DNA from: an uncultured Candidatus Saccharibacteria bacterium
GTDB lineage: Bacteria; Patescibacteriota; Saccharimonadia; Saccharimonadales; AWTP1-31
Length of the DNA: 64,000 bases
Assembly (NCBI GenBank): GCA_964641545.1
Contig: CAZXLT010000003.1
Coordinates: 23,818 to 87,817, forward strand
Direction of reading: 5' to 3'
Shown here: piece by piece, positions 57,043 to 64,000 of the stretch
Layout of the letters: each line of letters opens with the position of its first letter
How positions within the stretch are numbered: position 1 is the stretch's first letter
Translations under genes and position numbers: made by a program
The notes under the pieces: model-generated
What the model saw: the letters and a program-made list of their open reading frames with translations, nothing else
Told to the model about the DNA's origin: nothing
Database searches by the model: none

Positions 57043-57383
57043 GCTTTGATCCTTACAAAAATCATCTCGTGCTGATGCTGCGAGGGATTGTGAATTTTAT
57101 GCCGAACACTATTAGGAAAAACAAATACATCACCTGGTTCGTAAGAGTACTTGCCATCCTCGTCATGTACTTCACCGTTACCCGTCACAACTACCATAAT
57201 CTCTTCGACTCCTTCATGGTTGTGCCAGTCGAACGTCTGCCCTCCCGGTAAGTAGCCGCGCGTCATCATTTCGAAATGTTTACTCTGTAAGTGAGCTGGG
57301 CTAACGTAGACTTTGCGTGATCCACTTCCGCCATGCGCTTCTTCCAGAGGTATGTCTTTGTCAGATCTCTTTATAACTTTCAT
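57039..57383 (-). CDS. Cupin-domain protein embedded between pheS and pheT
   Basis: Cupin motifs GQTFDWHNHEGVEE and GDVFVFPNSVRHKIHN. ATGA overlaps at both ends (57380-57383 and 57039-57042). Confidence 0.75.
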   Translation of the reverse strand: MKVIKRSDKDIPLEEAHGGSGSRKVYVSPAHLQSKHFEMMTRGYLPGGQTFDWHNHEGVEEIMVVVTGNGEVHDEDGKYSYEPGDVFVFPNSVRHKIHNPSQHQHEMIFVRIKA

Positions 57384-58411
57384 CTGAATTGCCTCAAGAA
57401 ATCTAATTTGCCGCTCTCAAAATGCCGGACATCTTCAATTCCGTATTTCATCATAACTAGTCGCTCAATGCCGCCACCCCAGGCAAATCCTGTATATTCC
57501 GTTGGGTCAATGCCGGCATCTTTTAATACGTTCGGGTGAATCATGCCGCATCCCAAAATTTCTAACCATTGCTCTGCCTCGGAATCGTCTTTTCGCAGCC
57601 AAGCTGGGCGCTCGATAGCGAACTCAAAGCTCGGTTCGGTAAACGGAAAATAAAAAGGCTGTATTTTTGCTTTGAGCTCCTGGCCAAAATATTCGCTCAG
57701 CAATGCTTGCAATGTTGCAATAAGATTACCGACTGTTACTCCTTTACCAACATATACACCTTCGTACTGGTAAAACGTATGCTCGTGCGTAACGTCGAGG
57801 TCTTCGTTTCGAAACACGCGGTCTGGCACGATAACCGCAATAGGTTCGCCATTTTTCAGATTATTTCTGTACTTTTTTAGTACCCGGTTCTGCATAGTGC
57901 TGGTGTGTGCCGGAGCAATTAAACCTTCGGTGGTCGTAAAGGTGTCGTAATCGTCCCGTGCAGGGTGACCTTCTGGGAAGTTCAGACTCTCAAACATATG
58001 ATAGTCGTCATCGATTAGACGGCTCTGCTCAATGACAAACCCCATGCGGTATGCGATGTCACTTATGTATTCTAGTTCAGTCAGAAGCGGGTGTTTGCTG
58101 CCGTGGTCACCGGTTAATAGGCGTGGCTTTTTCGCATCGGGGGTATTTATATCAAAAGGAGCGGTAACGTCAATAGATTCAACCTTTTCGGATGAGGCGC
58201 TTTGAGTATGAACCAACGCTTCCAGTTCTTTCTTCAACGCATTGATTTCACGACCCAGTACCGCACGCTCCTCACCAGGTAACGCTGGTAATTGCGCATA
58301 CAATGCTTTGAGTTCGGGGGCACGTAATACCGCCCCTTTATCATCAAGCTTTACGAGCCTTTGCTTCAATACTTCAGCAGCAGCAGATACCTGAGGGTTT
58401 TTATATGTCAT
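57380..58411 (-). CDS. pheS: Phenylalanyl-tRNA synthetase alpha subunit
   Basis: Class II motifs FRNEDLDVTHEHTFYQYEG and GFAWGGGIERL. Start set to ATG 58409-58411 (MTYKNPQVSAAAE). Confidence 0.93.
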   Translation of the reverse strand: MTYKNPQVSAAAEVLKQRLVKLDDKGAVLRAPELKALYAQLPALPGEERAVLGREINALKKELEALVHTQSASSEKVESIDVTAPFDINTPDAKKPRLLTGDHGSKHPLLTELEYISDIAYRMGFVIEQSRLIDDDYHMFESLNFPEGHPARDDYDTFTTTEGLIAPAHTSTMQNRVLKKYRNNLKNGEPIAVIVPDRVFRNEDLDVTHEHTFYQYEGVYVGKGVTVGNLIATLQALLSEYFGQELKAKIQPFYFPFTEPSFEFAIERPAWLRKDDSEAEQWLEILGCGMIHPNVLKDAGIDPTEYTGFAWGGGIERLVMMKYGIEDVRHFESGKLDFLRQFR

Positions 58412-58466
58412 GACTACTAGTAGTATATCAGGATAGCCGCATTTTACCCCTCTGCTTGACATGCGC

Positions 58467-58472
58467 TACACT
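58467..58472 (+). promoter_or_regulatory. -10 TACACT, 6 nt upstream of the yajQ ATG (leaderless candidate)
   Basis: gcgcTACACTatatctATG. Confidence 0.35.
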
Positions 58473-58478
58473 ATATCT

Positions 58479-58976
58479 ATGCCAACTTTCTCTTTTGACA
58501 TCGTAAGCGACTACGACCTATCCGAAATTATTAATGTATTTGAGCAAACAAAGCGCGAACTGGACAACCGCTATGACTTTAAGGGCACCCATGCTGGCGT
58601 TGATTGGCTGGATAACGAAAAACGAGGACTAAAAATCACTGGCGACAGCCAATACCAGCTTGATGCAATCATCGAAATTGTACGCAAAAAACTCGCTGCG
58701 CGTAACCAAAGCCAAAAACTACTTGATACTAGTCGTAATGCCGAGACAACCAACCTTAGAATGATTTGGGAAGTTCCGTTCAAGAAAGGCCTGGATCAGG
58801 ATAAAGCCAAGAAAATTACTTCAAAAATTCGTATGGACTTGCCAAAAGTCAAAACACAGGTGCAAGGAGAAGAAGTGCGAGTGATGAGCGGCAGCAAAGA
58901 CGATCTTCAAAAAGCAATGCAGCTACTCAAAAGCCAAGATTTCGACTTTCCACTAAGTTTTACTAACTTCCGATAA
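58479..58976 (+). CDS. yajQ: YajQ family (UPF0234) nucleotide-binding protein
   Basis: MPTFSFDIVSDYDLSEIINVFEQTKRELDNRYDFKG, typical of YajQ. Start set to ATG 58479. Confidence 0.88.
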   Translation: MPTFSFDIVSDYDLSEIINVFEQTKRELDNRYDFKGTHAGVDWLDNEKRGLKITGDSQYQLDAIIEIVRKKLAARNQSQKLLDTSRNAETTNLRMIWEVPFKKGLDQDKAKKITSKIRMDLPKVKTQVQGEEVRVMSGSKDDLQKAMQLLKSQDFDFPLSFTNFR

Positions 58977-58998
58977 GCACGACAAATCATAAGCACGT

Positions 58999-59004
58999 TA
59001 TACT
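58999..59004 (+). promoter_or_regulatory. -10 TATACT, 6 nt upstream of the GH63-like gene ATG (leaderless candidate)
   Basis: cgtTATACTagactcATG. Confidence 0.4.
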
Positions 59005-59010
59005 AGACTC

Positions 59011-60339
59011 ATGTTAAGCATTGCCGAGACTCGTGAGCAGGCCAAAAAGGTGCTTGAGGCAAATGATCGGGGTGAGTACACTATTCCGGCGCATGGTCTG
59101 TACTCGCACCAGTGGCTGTGGGATAGTTGTTTTGTCGCAATCGGTCTACGGCATATAAACATTGAGCGTGCTCAAAAGGAACTAACCAGCTTGCTGCGTG
59201 GACAGTGGAGCAATGGGATGCTGCCTAACATTATTTTTGCTGGCGATCCGTGGTATAACCAGGATCGCAACATTTGGCGCAGTCACCTTTCTCCTTTTTC
59301 GCCTGACGACATCAACACAAGCGGGCTAACGCAACCACCTATACTTGCCGAAGCCGTGGTGCAGGTCGGTAAAAAGATGACCAAACCAGAGAGGCGTAGC
59401 TGGTACCAAACTATGTACCCAGCTTTGGAAAAGTATCACTTGTGGCTGTATGCAGATCGAACCGAGGCGGATGATGGGCTGGTAACGTTAATCCATCCGT
59501 ATGAGTCAGGTCTTGATAACACTCCTCCATGGATTTACATGCTTCGGCAAGAGCACTGGCCATGGTGGGCAGCGTTGCTCGATAAGACCAAATTAGACTC
59601 TGTCGCAAGCTTCTTTAGGCGCGACACCAGACACGTACCACCAGGGCAACGCATGAATAATCTAGAGGCGCTCCTGTATTATCACCGCGTAACACAATTA
59701 CGGCGGAAGCATTACAACGCTCCGAAGGTGCTAAAACGGACACATTTTGCTCTTGATGACCTTGGCTATAACTGCATGTTTATTCGAGCAAATCAGCATT
59801 TGGTAACAATAGCCAAAACAATTGGGCGGAAATTGCCAGACGAGCTACTCGCAAGCATGAAGAATACTGAAGCATCGCTTGAGCAGTTGTGGGATGGCTA
59901 CAAAGGGCAATACTTTTCGCGTGCACATAAAACAAAAAAATTAGTACGTGAATCAAGTATTGCAACTCTTTTGCCGTTGTACGCAGGCTCTATTAGTAAA
60001 GAACGCGCTGAACAGCTAGTTGATTTATTGCGCAATCGTCATATCTTTGGTGCTGAATTTCCAGTACCGAGCGCCCCATTTAATTCAAAGTTTTTCGAAC
60101 CACACAGCTACTGGCAAGGTCCTACCTGGATAAATACCAACTGGCTCATCGTAGATGGGCTGAGGCGATACGGGTACAAACAAGAAGCAGAAATTATAGA
60201 GGCAAAATCACTACAATTAGTACGAGAGCACGGTTGCTACGAGTATTTTTCTCCGGTCGATGGAACGCCTGCTGGAGCAAATGGTTTCAGTTGGACGGCT
60301 GCCTTAGTGATTGATTTCCTTGCTACATCAAAGCGATAA
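59011..60339 (+). CDS. (alpha/alpha)6-barrel glycoside hydrolase, GH63 / MGH1-like
   Basis: HQWLWDSCF, ESGLDNTPPW and YWQGPTWINTNW patterns, which I recall from GH63-type glucosyl/mannosylglycerate hydrolases. Confidence 0.6.
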   Translation: MLSIAETREQAKKVLEANDRGEYTIPAHGLYSHQWLWDSCFVAIGLRHINIERAQKELTSLLRGQWSNGMLPNIIFAGDPWYNQDRNIWRSHLSPFSPDDINTSGLTQPPILAEAVVQVGKKMTKPERRSWYQTMYPALEKYHLWLYADRTEADDGLVTLIHPYESGLDNTPPWIYMLRQEHWPWWAALLDKTKLDSVASFFRRDTRHVPPGQRMNNLEALLYYHRVTQLRRKHYNAPKVLKRTHFALDDLGYNCMFIRANQHLVTIAKTIGRKLPDELLASMKNTEASLEQLWDGYKGQYFSRAHKTKKLVRESSIATLLPLYAGSISKERAEQLVDLLRNRHIFGAEFPVPSAPFNSKFFEPHSYWQGPTWINTNWLIVDGLRRYGYKQEAEIIEAKSLQLVREHGCYEYFSPVDGTPAGANGFSWTAALVIDFLATSKR

Positions 60340-60345
60340 AACGAG

Positions 60346-60351
60346 TATTAT
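60346..60351 (+). promoter_or_regulatory. -10 TATTAT, 6 nt upstream of the alr ATG (leaderless candidate)
   Basis: gagTATTATtactacATG. Confidence 0.35.
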
Positions 60352-60357
60352 TACTAC

Positions 60358-61512
60358 ATGTCAGTGCGTAAACGGCTTGATTCTATTCTAGGAAAACTCG
60401 AGCGAAAATACATTACACACAACCAGATTGAAGTATCACGCTCGGCTTTACTTCACAATCTCGATTTATTCACTGAATTATCAAAGCAAGCAGTTATCCC
60501 TGTATTAAAGGGCAACGCATACGGCCACGGTATTGCTCAGGTTGCAACCGCATTGCGCGACAGGACTCTGCCCTACATTGCAATCGACGGTTATTTTGAG
60601 GCACTGAGAATCCGGGAAGTTTCAAAACAACCAGTCCTGGTAATGGGAGCAATACCAACCGAAAACTACAAGCATATGAAATATGATAATTTTGCTTTCG
60701 TCGTACAAGATGCCGACAGTATTCGTGCGCTCGGCAAAACTGGTAAAAAAATAAAAATTCATTTGGACTGCAACACAGGTATGAATCGCTATGGCGCTCA
60801 ACCGGAAGCAATCGAAGCGCTGACCAAATTAATCCTAAGTTATAGAAGTCTCACGCTTGAAGGAGTCATGAGCCACCTTGCCGATAGCGACGGGCTCAAC
60901 AAGCAAACCGTAAATGAAGCGGTTACTATGTTTGACGCGATCTGCGAACAAGTCTTAGGCCTTGGCGCTACACCTACCATGTTTCATATTGCACAGACTG
61001 CAGGTAGCCTCAAAGTTACATCGAAATATGCAAATACAATTCGCCTCGGCATTGGGTTATACGGTATCAACCCGTTTGCGCCCAATCACCCGCTACATAA
61101 GACTCTTGATAAACTTAAACCAGCCCTAAAACTAACTAGTACAATTACTAAAGTTACACAACTTAAAAAGGGTGCTAAAGTTAGCTACAACTATACTTAT
61201 ACGGCGAACAAAGATATGAAGATTGGTGTTTTGCCGTTAGGTTATTTCGAGGGGCTGGACCGTGCACTCAGCAACAAGGGTTTCGTCAAAATCGGTCGTA
61301 CTTTTGCGCCCATTGTTGGGCGTGTCTGCATGAACCACACCATGATAAATCTTGATGGTGTGGATGCAAAGGTTGGCACTAAAGTTTTGGTGTATAGCAA
61401 TAACCCCAAAGATCGTAACGCTATTGACTCAATCGCCCAAGAATTTGGCGTATTTAATTACAGCGCATTAACGAGTATGAGCCCCGACGTTCGTCGCGTG
61501 CTCGTTGCTTAA
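60358..61512 (+). CDS. alr: Alanine racemase
   Basis: PLP-lysine motif VLKGNAYGHG, plus a TIM barrel and C-terminal beta domain (VGRVCMNHTMI). Confidence 0.92.
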   Translation: MSVRKRLDSILGKLERKYITHNQIEVSRSALLHNLDLFTELSKQAVIPVLKGNAYGHGIAQVATALRDRTLPYIAIDGYFEALRIREVSKQPVLVMGAIPTENYKHMKYDNFAFVVQDADSIRALGKTGKKIKIHLDCNTGMNRYGAQPEAIEALTKLILSYRSLTLEGVMSHLADSDGLNKQTVNEAVTMFDAICEQVLGLGATPTMFHIAQTAGSLKVTSKYANTIRLGIGLYGINPFAPNHPLHKTLDKLKPALKLTSTITKVTQLKKGAKVSYNYTYTANKDMKIGVLPLGYFEGLDRALSNKGFVKIGRTFAPIVGRVCMNHTMINLDGVDAKVGTKVLVYSNNPKDRNAIDSIAQEFGVFNYSALTSMSPDVRRVLVA

Positions 61513-61517
61513 GCTGG

Positions 61518-61835
61518 TTACGCAGCATCTCCAGCCGTGGGATTTGGCGGCAACATAGCAGCAACTCCTAGCCACCACTCTTTGCAACCCTCTAGCACCT
61601 CGCCTGGGCTTTGACGAATCCACTCCTGCCAAATGCCATTTGCGTCTTCTATACTAGTGTCCTGGCAGGCTCTTCTGATCATTTCTTCACCATAGCAACG
61701 AAGCAGTCGTGCATTGTCTCGGTAATCCTGGGGGTAGTCGCTTCTAGATCGTGCTACTTGCGCTGCAGCTTCGTTTGGGCCCAGTCCTTCCGCAGTCAGC
61801 AAACCTACTTGCAGTCTTTGATAATCGGCGTACAT
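61518..61835 (-). CDS. Hypothetical 105 aa protein
   Basis: ORF only, with no motif and no clear SD. It is convergent with alr, 5 nt apart. Confidence 0.35.
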   Translation of the reverse strand: MYADYQRLQVGLLTAEGLGPNEAAAQVARSRSDYPQDYRDNARLLRCYGEEMIRRACQDTSIEDANGIWQEWIRQSPGEVLEGCKEWWLGVAAMLPPNPTAGDAA

Positions 61836-61850
61836 ACCTATAACCTACCA

Positions 61851-61872
61851 GCTTGAACTTCCAGGTTCAAGC
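61851..61872. other. 8 bp stem hairpin GCTTGAAC-6 nt-GTTCAAGC between rmuC and the 105 aa ORF
   Basis: Read directly from the sequence. There is no clear T-run on the minus strand, so terminator function is uncertain. Confidence 0.3.
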
Positions 61873-61893
61873 ATTTGCATATTAAATAATGAG

Positions 61894-63114
61894 TTAGGAA
61901 TTGCCTGGATCACCAAGACTCAATGCTGTGTTCTCTGCTGTTTGCTCTGTTTTGTTAGCAAGTTGCTGTACTTTGCCAAGCTTTCGCTCAATGGTTCGGC
62001 TCTTTGTAGTTGCTGTATCTATTGTCTTGGTTGCTTGCACCAGTTTTTCGCGGGTTTTATCTAGTAAGTCGCCAAATTTGCCAAACTCTCCTTTAATGCC
62101 CGTTAATAGCTCCCAAACCTGCCCCGTCTGTTCGGCTATAGCAAGTGTTCTAAAACCGAGTTGATAGCTATTGAGAATGGCTGCTATTGTTGTTGGTCCA
62201 GCAATAGTCACGCGAAGTTCAGACTGAAGCTGTTCAAAAAGCCCTGGCTCTCTCAGGATTTCTGCAAACATACCTTCCGTTGGCACGTATAAAACAGCAA
62301 AGTCAGTGGTGCGAGGTGGCGATATATACTTAGATTTTATAGACTTAGCCTCCAGCTTGACCCTGCTAACCAATGCTTTCTGTGCTGTCGCGGCTGTTTC
62401 GGTTTCTCCTTTTTCTTGTGCAACAACTAAACGTTGGTAATCCTCAAGTGGAAATTTGGCATCGATCGGTAGGTAAATATATCCTTTTTCAGAACTCTTG
62501 TCCGGGAGTTTGATGGCGAAATCTACCAGCTCGCTCGAATGGGGATTAACTTTTACCTGCTTGTCATAGTGATCCTTTATGAAAACTTGCTCTAATAAAC
62601 TTTCTAGCTGCACCTCGCCCCAAGTTCCTCGAGTCTTTACATTTGTAAGTACACGCTTAAAATCGCTAACATCGCTGGCTAGATTTTGCATTTCACCCAG
62701 GCCTTTGTGCACCATCTCTAGTCGCTCGCTTACCACCTTAAAGCTCTCGCTCAGTCGCTTTTCTAGTGTACTTTGTAGTTTCTCGTCCACAGTGGAGCGC
62801 ATTTTTTCTAACTTTTCGGCATTGTCTTTTTGAAGACTTTCCAAACGATACTCTACAGTTTTTCGTATTTGCTCTAGTTTTTCATCGTTCTTGTCTCGCA
62901 GCAAATCAAGGCGCTTGTCGAGTGCATTACGTGAACTACTCAAATTAGCATTTAGCTCTTGCCGCAAGTCTTTGCCTGAAGTAGCTATTTCTTTTCGATT
63001 ACGCGCAAATTCGTCTCGCAAAGGTTTGTCTAAATTTTGACTTGTTTTTCTGAGTAGCAACACGGCTAGCAAAACGCTATTAACCCCTCCTAAAACAATT
63101 GCGACCATCTCCAT
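61894..63114 (-). CDS. rmuC: DNA recombination protein RmuC
   Basis: N-terminal TM, a ~150 aa coiled coil, and a C-terminal RmuC nuclease-like region (VDFAIKLP...YLPIDAKFPLE...VLYVPTEG). Confidence 0.88.
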   Translation of the reverse strand: MEMVAIVLGGVNSVLLAVLLLRKTSQNLDKPLRDEFARNRKEIATSGKDLRQELNANLSSSRNALDKRLDLLRDKNDEKLEQIRKTVEYRLESLQKDNAEKLEKMRSTVDEKLQSTLEKRLSESFKVVSERLEMVHKGLGEMQNLASDVSDFKRVLTNVKTRGTWGEVQLESLLEQVFIKDHYDKQVKVNPHSSELVDFAIKLPDKSSEKGYIYLPIDAKFPLEDYQRLVVAQEKGETETAATAQKALVSRVKLEAKSIKSKYISPPRTTDFAVLYVPTEGMFAEILREPGLFEQLQSELRVTIAGPTTIAAILNSYQLGFRTLAIAEQTGQVWELLTGIKGEFGKFGDLLDKTREKLVQATKTIDTATTKSRTIERKLGKVQQLANKTEQTAENTALSLGDPGNS

Positions 63115-63120
63115 GCTTCA

Positions 63121-63129
63121 AGTATACCA
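63121..63129 (-). promoter_or_regulatory. Extended -10 TGgTATACT, 6 nt upstream of the rmuC ATG (leaderless candidate)
   Basis: Minus strand reads GCTGGTATACTTGAAGCATGGAG. Confidence 0.4.
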
Positions 63130-63133
63130 GCAG

Positions 63134-63982
63134 CTACATTAGTGATGGTGTTGCGTCGTGCGTATGTTCAGCAGGTTCAGGCTGTGTAATCTGTTGGGTT
63201 GTTGGCATATCGTTGTGCTCTTCGGTTTCGATAAAGCGGTGCGAAAGCTGAATAGACAGCGCAACAACCGCTACGCCCAGCAGCAAGAGTATTGGCTGCA
63301 GTTCAATAATTTTTTTACTTGGGGCCTTTTCGTGTAGTGTTGGGATGATGTCACTCGTAGCAATATAGAGCAAGAAGCCACCACTTAACCCAAGTAAAAT
63401 ACCGGTGGGCAAAGAATCACTTTGTCCGAGCTGAAAAGTGAGCAAGGCAGTACCCGTGGTAGCGAGAGCACTCAAAGCGTTCACTGTCAGAACTTTTCTA
63501 CGGGAAAGACCCTTCGATAACAGTAACCCAAAATCACCAATCTCCTGCGGGATTTCATGCGCAGCAACGGCAATTGTTGTTACGATGCCCGTTGGAATAC
63601 TCACTAAGAATGCAGCTGCAATAGCTATCCCGTCCATGGCATTATGAAGCGTATCACCAATAATAATTAGGTTCGCAGTCGGGTCTTCTTTGCCGTGTTG
63701 GTGATGATGGTGAAACCACCGCAAAAACCGTTCTGCAAAGAAGAAGAGCAATATTCCCGCTAGTGCTGCATACAAAACAACGTCATGATTTTCTGTATCA
63801 TGCATGCCATCTTTGAACAGATCAAGGAATACTGCAGCTAGTAGCGCCCCTGCCGCAAACGGAGTTGCATATTCTGCAAGCAATTTACTCGATTGTCTAC
63901 TTGTTAGAAGCAGCACCCCGCCAACTAGCGAGACCACCCCGCCGATAAGTGAAAAAATTAAAACATATAGTATTTCTGGCAT
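63134..63982 (-). CDS. ZIP family metal (zinc) transporter
   Basis: HEIPQEIGDFGLLL motif, His-rich loop HHHHQHGKED, multiple TM helices, and an AAGGAA SD upstream. Confidence 0.85.
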   Translation of the reverse strand: MPEILYVLIFSLIGGVVSLVGGVLLLTSRQSSKLLAEYATPFAAGALLAAVFLDLFKDGMHDTENHDVVLYAALAGILLFFFAERFLRWFHHHHQHGKEDPTANLIIIGDTLHNAMDGIAIAAAFLVSIPTGIVTTIAVAAHEIPQEIGDFGLLLSKGLSRRKVLTVNALSALATTGTALLTFQLGQSDSLPTGILLGLSGGFLLYIATSDIIPTLHEKAPSKKIIELQPILLLLGVAVVALSIQLSHRFIETEEHNDMPTTQQITQPEPAEHTHDATPSLM

Positions 63983-64000
63983 AACTCATTCCTTTCTATT

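Noticed and set aside
1-64000. Alternative genetic code (UGA recoding, as in some CPR lineages)
   Set aside because: Conserved proteins are full length under the standard code, and TGA ends several well-defined genes at expected positions (45602-45604, 26942-26944, 57039-57041, 57380-57382, 42141-42143).
1-64000. Search for tRNA, rRNA, tmRNA, CRISPR arrays, transposases, integrases and prophage genes
   Set aside because: No intergenic gap exceeds ~130 nt. The larger gaps (10721-10851, 47529-47634) are AT-rich promoter regions without tRNA-like structure. I saw no repeat-spacer periodicity and no mobile-element protein motifs.

Overview
This 64 kb window is gene-dense: about 60 CDS, mostly on the minus strand, with many 1-14 nt gene overlaps. 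I found no rRNA, tRNA, CRISPR array, transposase, integrase or prophage signature. TGA acts as a stop (for example 45602-45604 and 26942-26944), so the standard bacterial code applies. Recognisable genes fall into four groups. (1) Information processing: tyrS, radA, clpC, nusA, rnhB, yraN, rplS, dnaE, gatCAB, uvrB, pheST, rmuC. (2) Envelope: PBP1A, galU, alr, a PglC-like transferase, DUF2207, a CAP-domain surface protein, an orphan pilB. (3) Sugar-phosphate metabolism at 34.7-44.8 kb: LOG-like protein, PfkB kinase, class II aldolase, split transketolase, rpe, rpiB, gap, Nudix, ppa. (4) Redox: trxB and an NrdH-like glutaredoxin. The split transketolase, tailed L19, missing biosynthetic operons and many small membrane proteins suggest a reduced-genome Patescibacteria/CPR organism, probably Saccharibacteria-like; this is inference, not a search result. 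Main hunt results: (a) at least 17 unit-first genes have a TAnnnT -10 box 6-9 nt upstream of the start codon and no Shine-Dalgarno, suggesting widespread leaderless mRNAs; (b) a two-gene operon pairing a soluble FtsK/HerA/VirD4-like ATPase with a Cys-rich repeat protein; (c) a LOG/TIGR00725-like protein translationally coupled to an unrecognised 413 aa protein, at the head of the pentose-phosphate island; (d) uncharacterised genes coupled inside gatCAB (118 aa) and pheST (cupin, with DUF2207 downstream); (e) a divergent PglC-like transferase whose conserved N-terminus is reachable only from an ATT/CTG start behind an AAGGAG; (f) a TyrRS lacking both HIGH histidines; (g) an isolated NAGS/K-type fusion protein.
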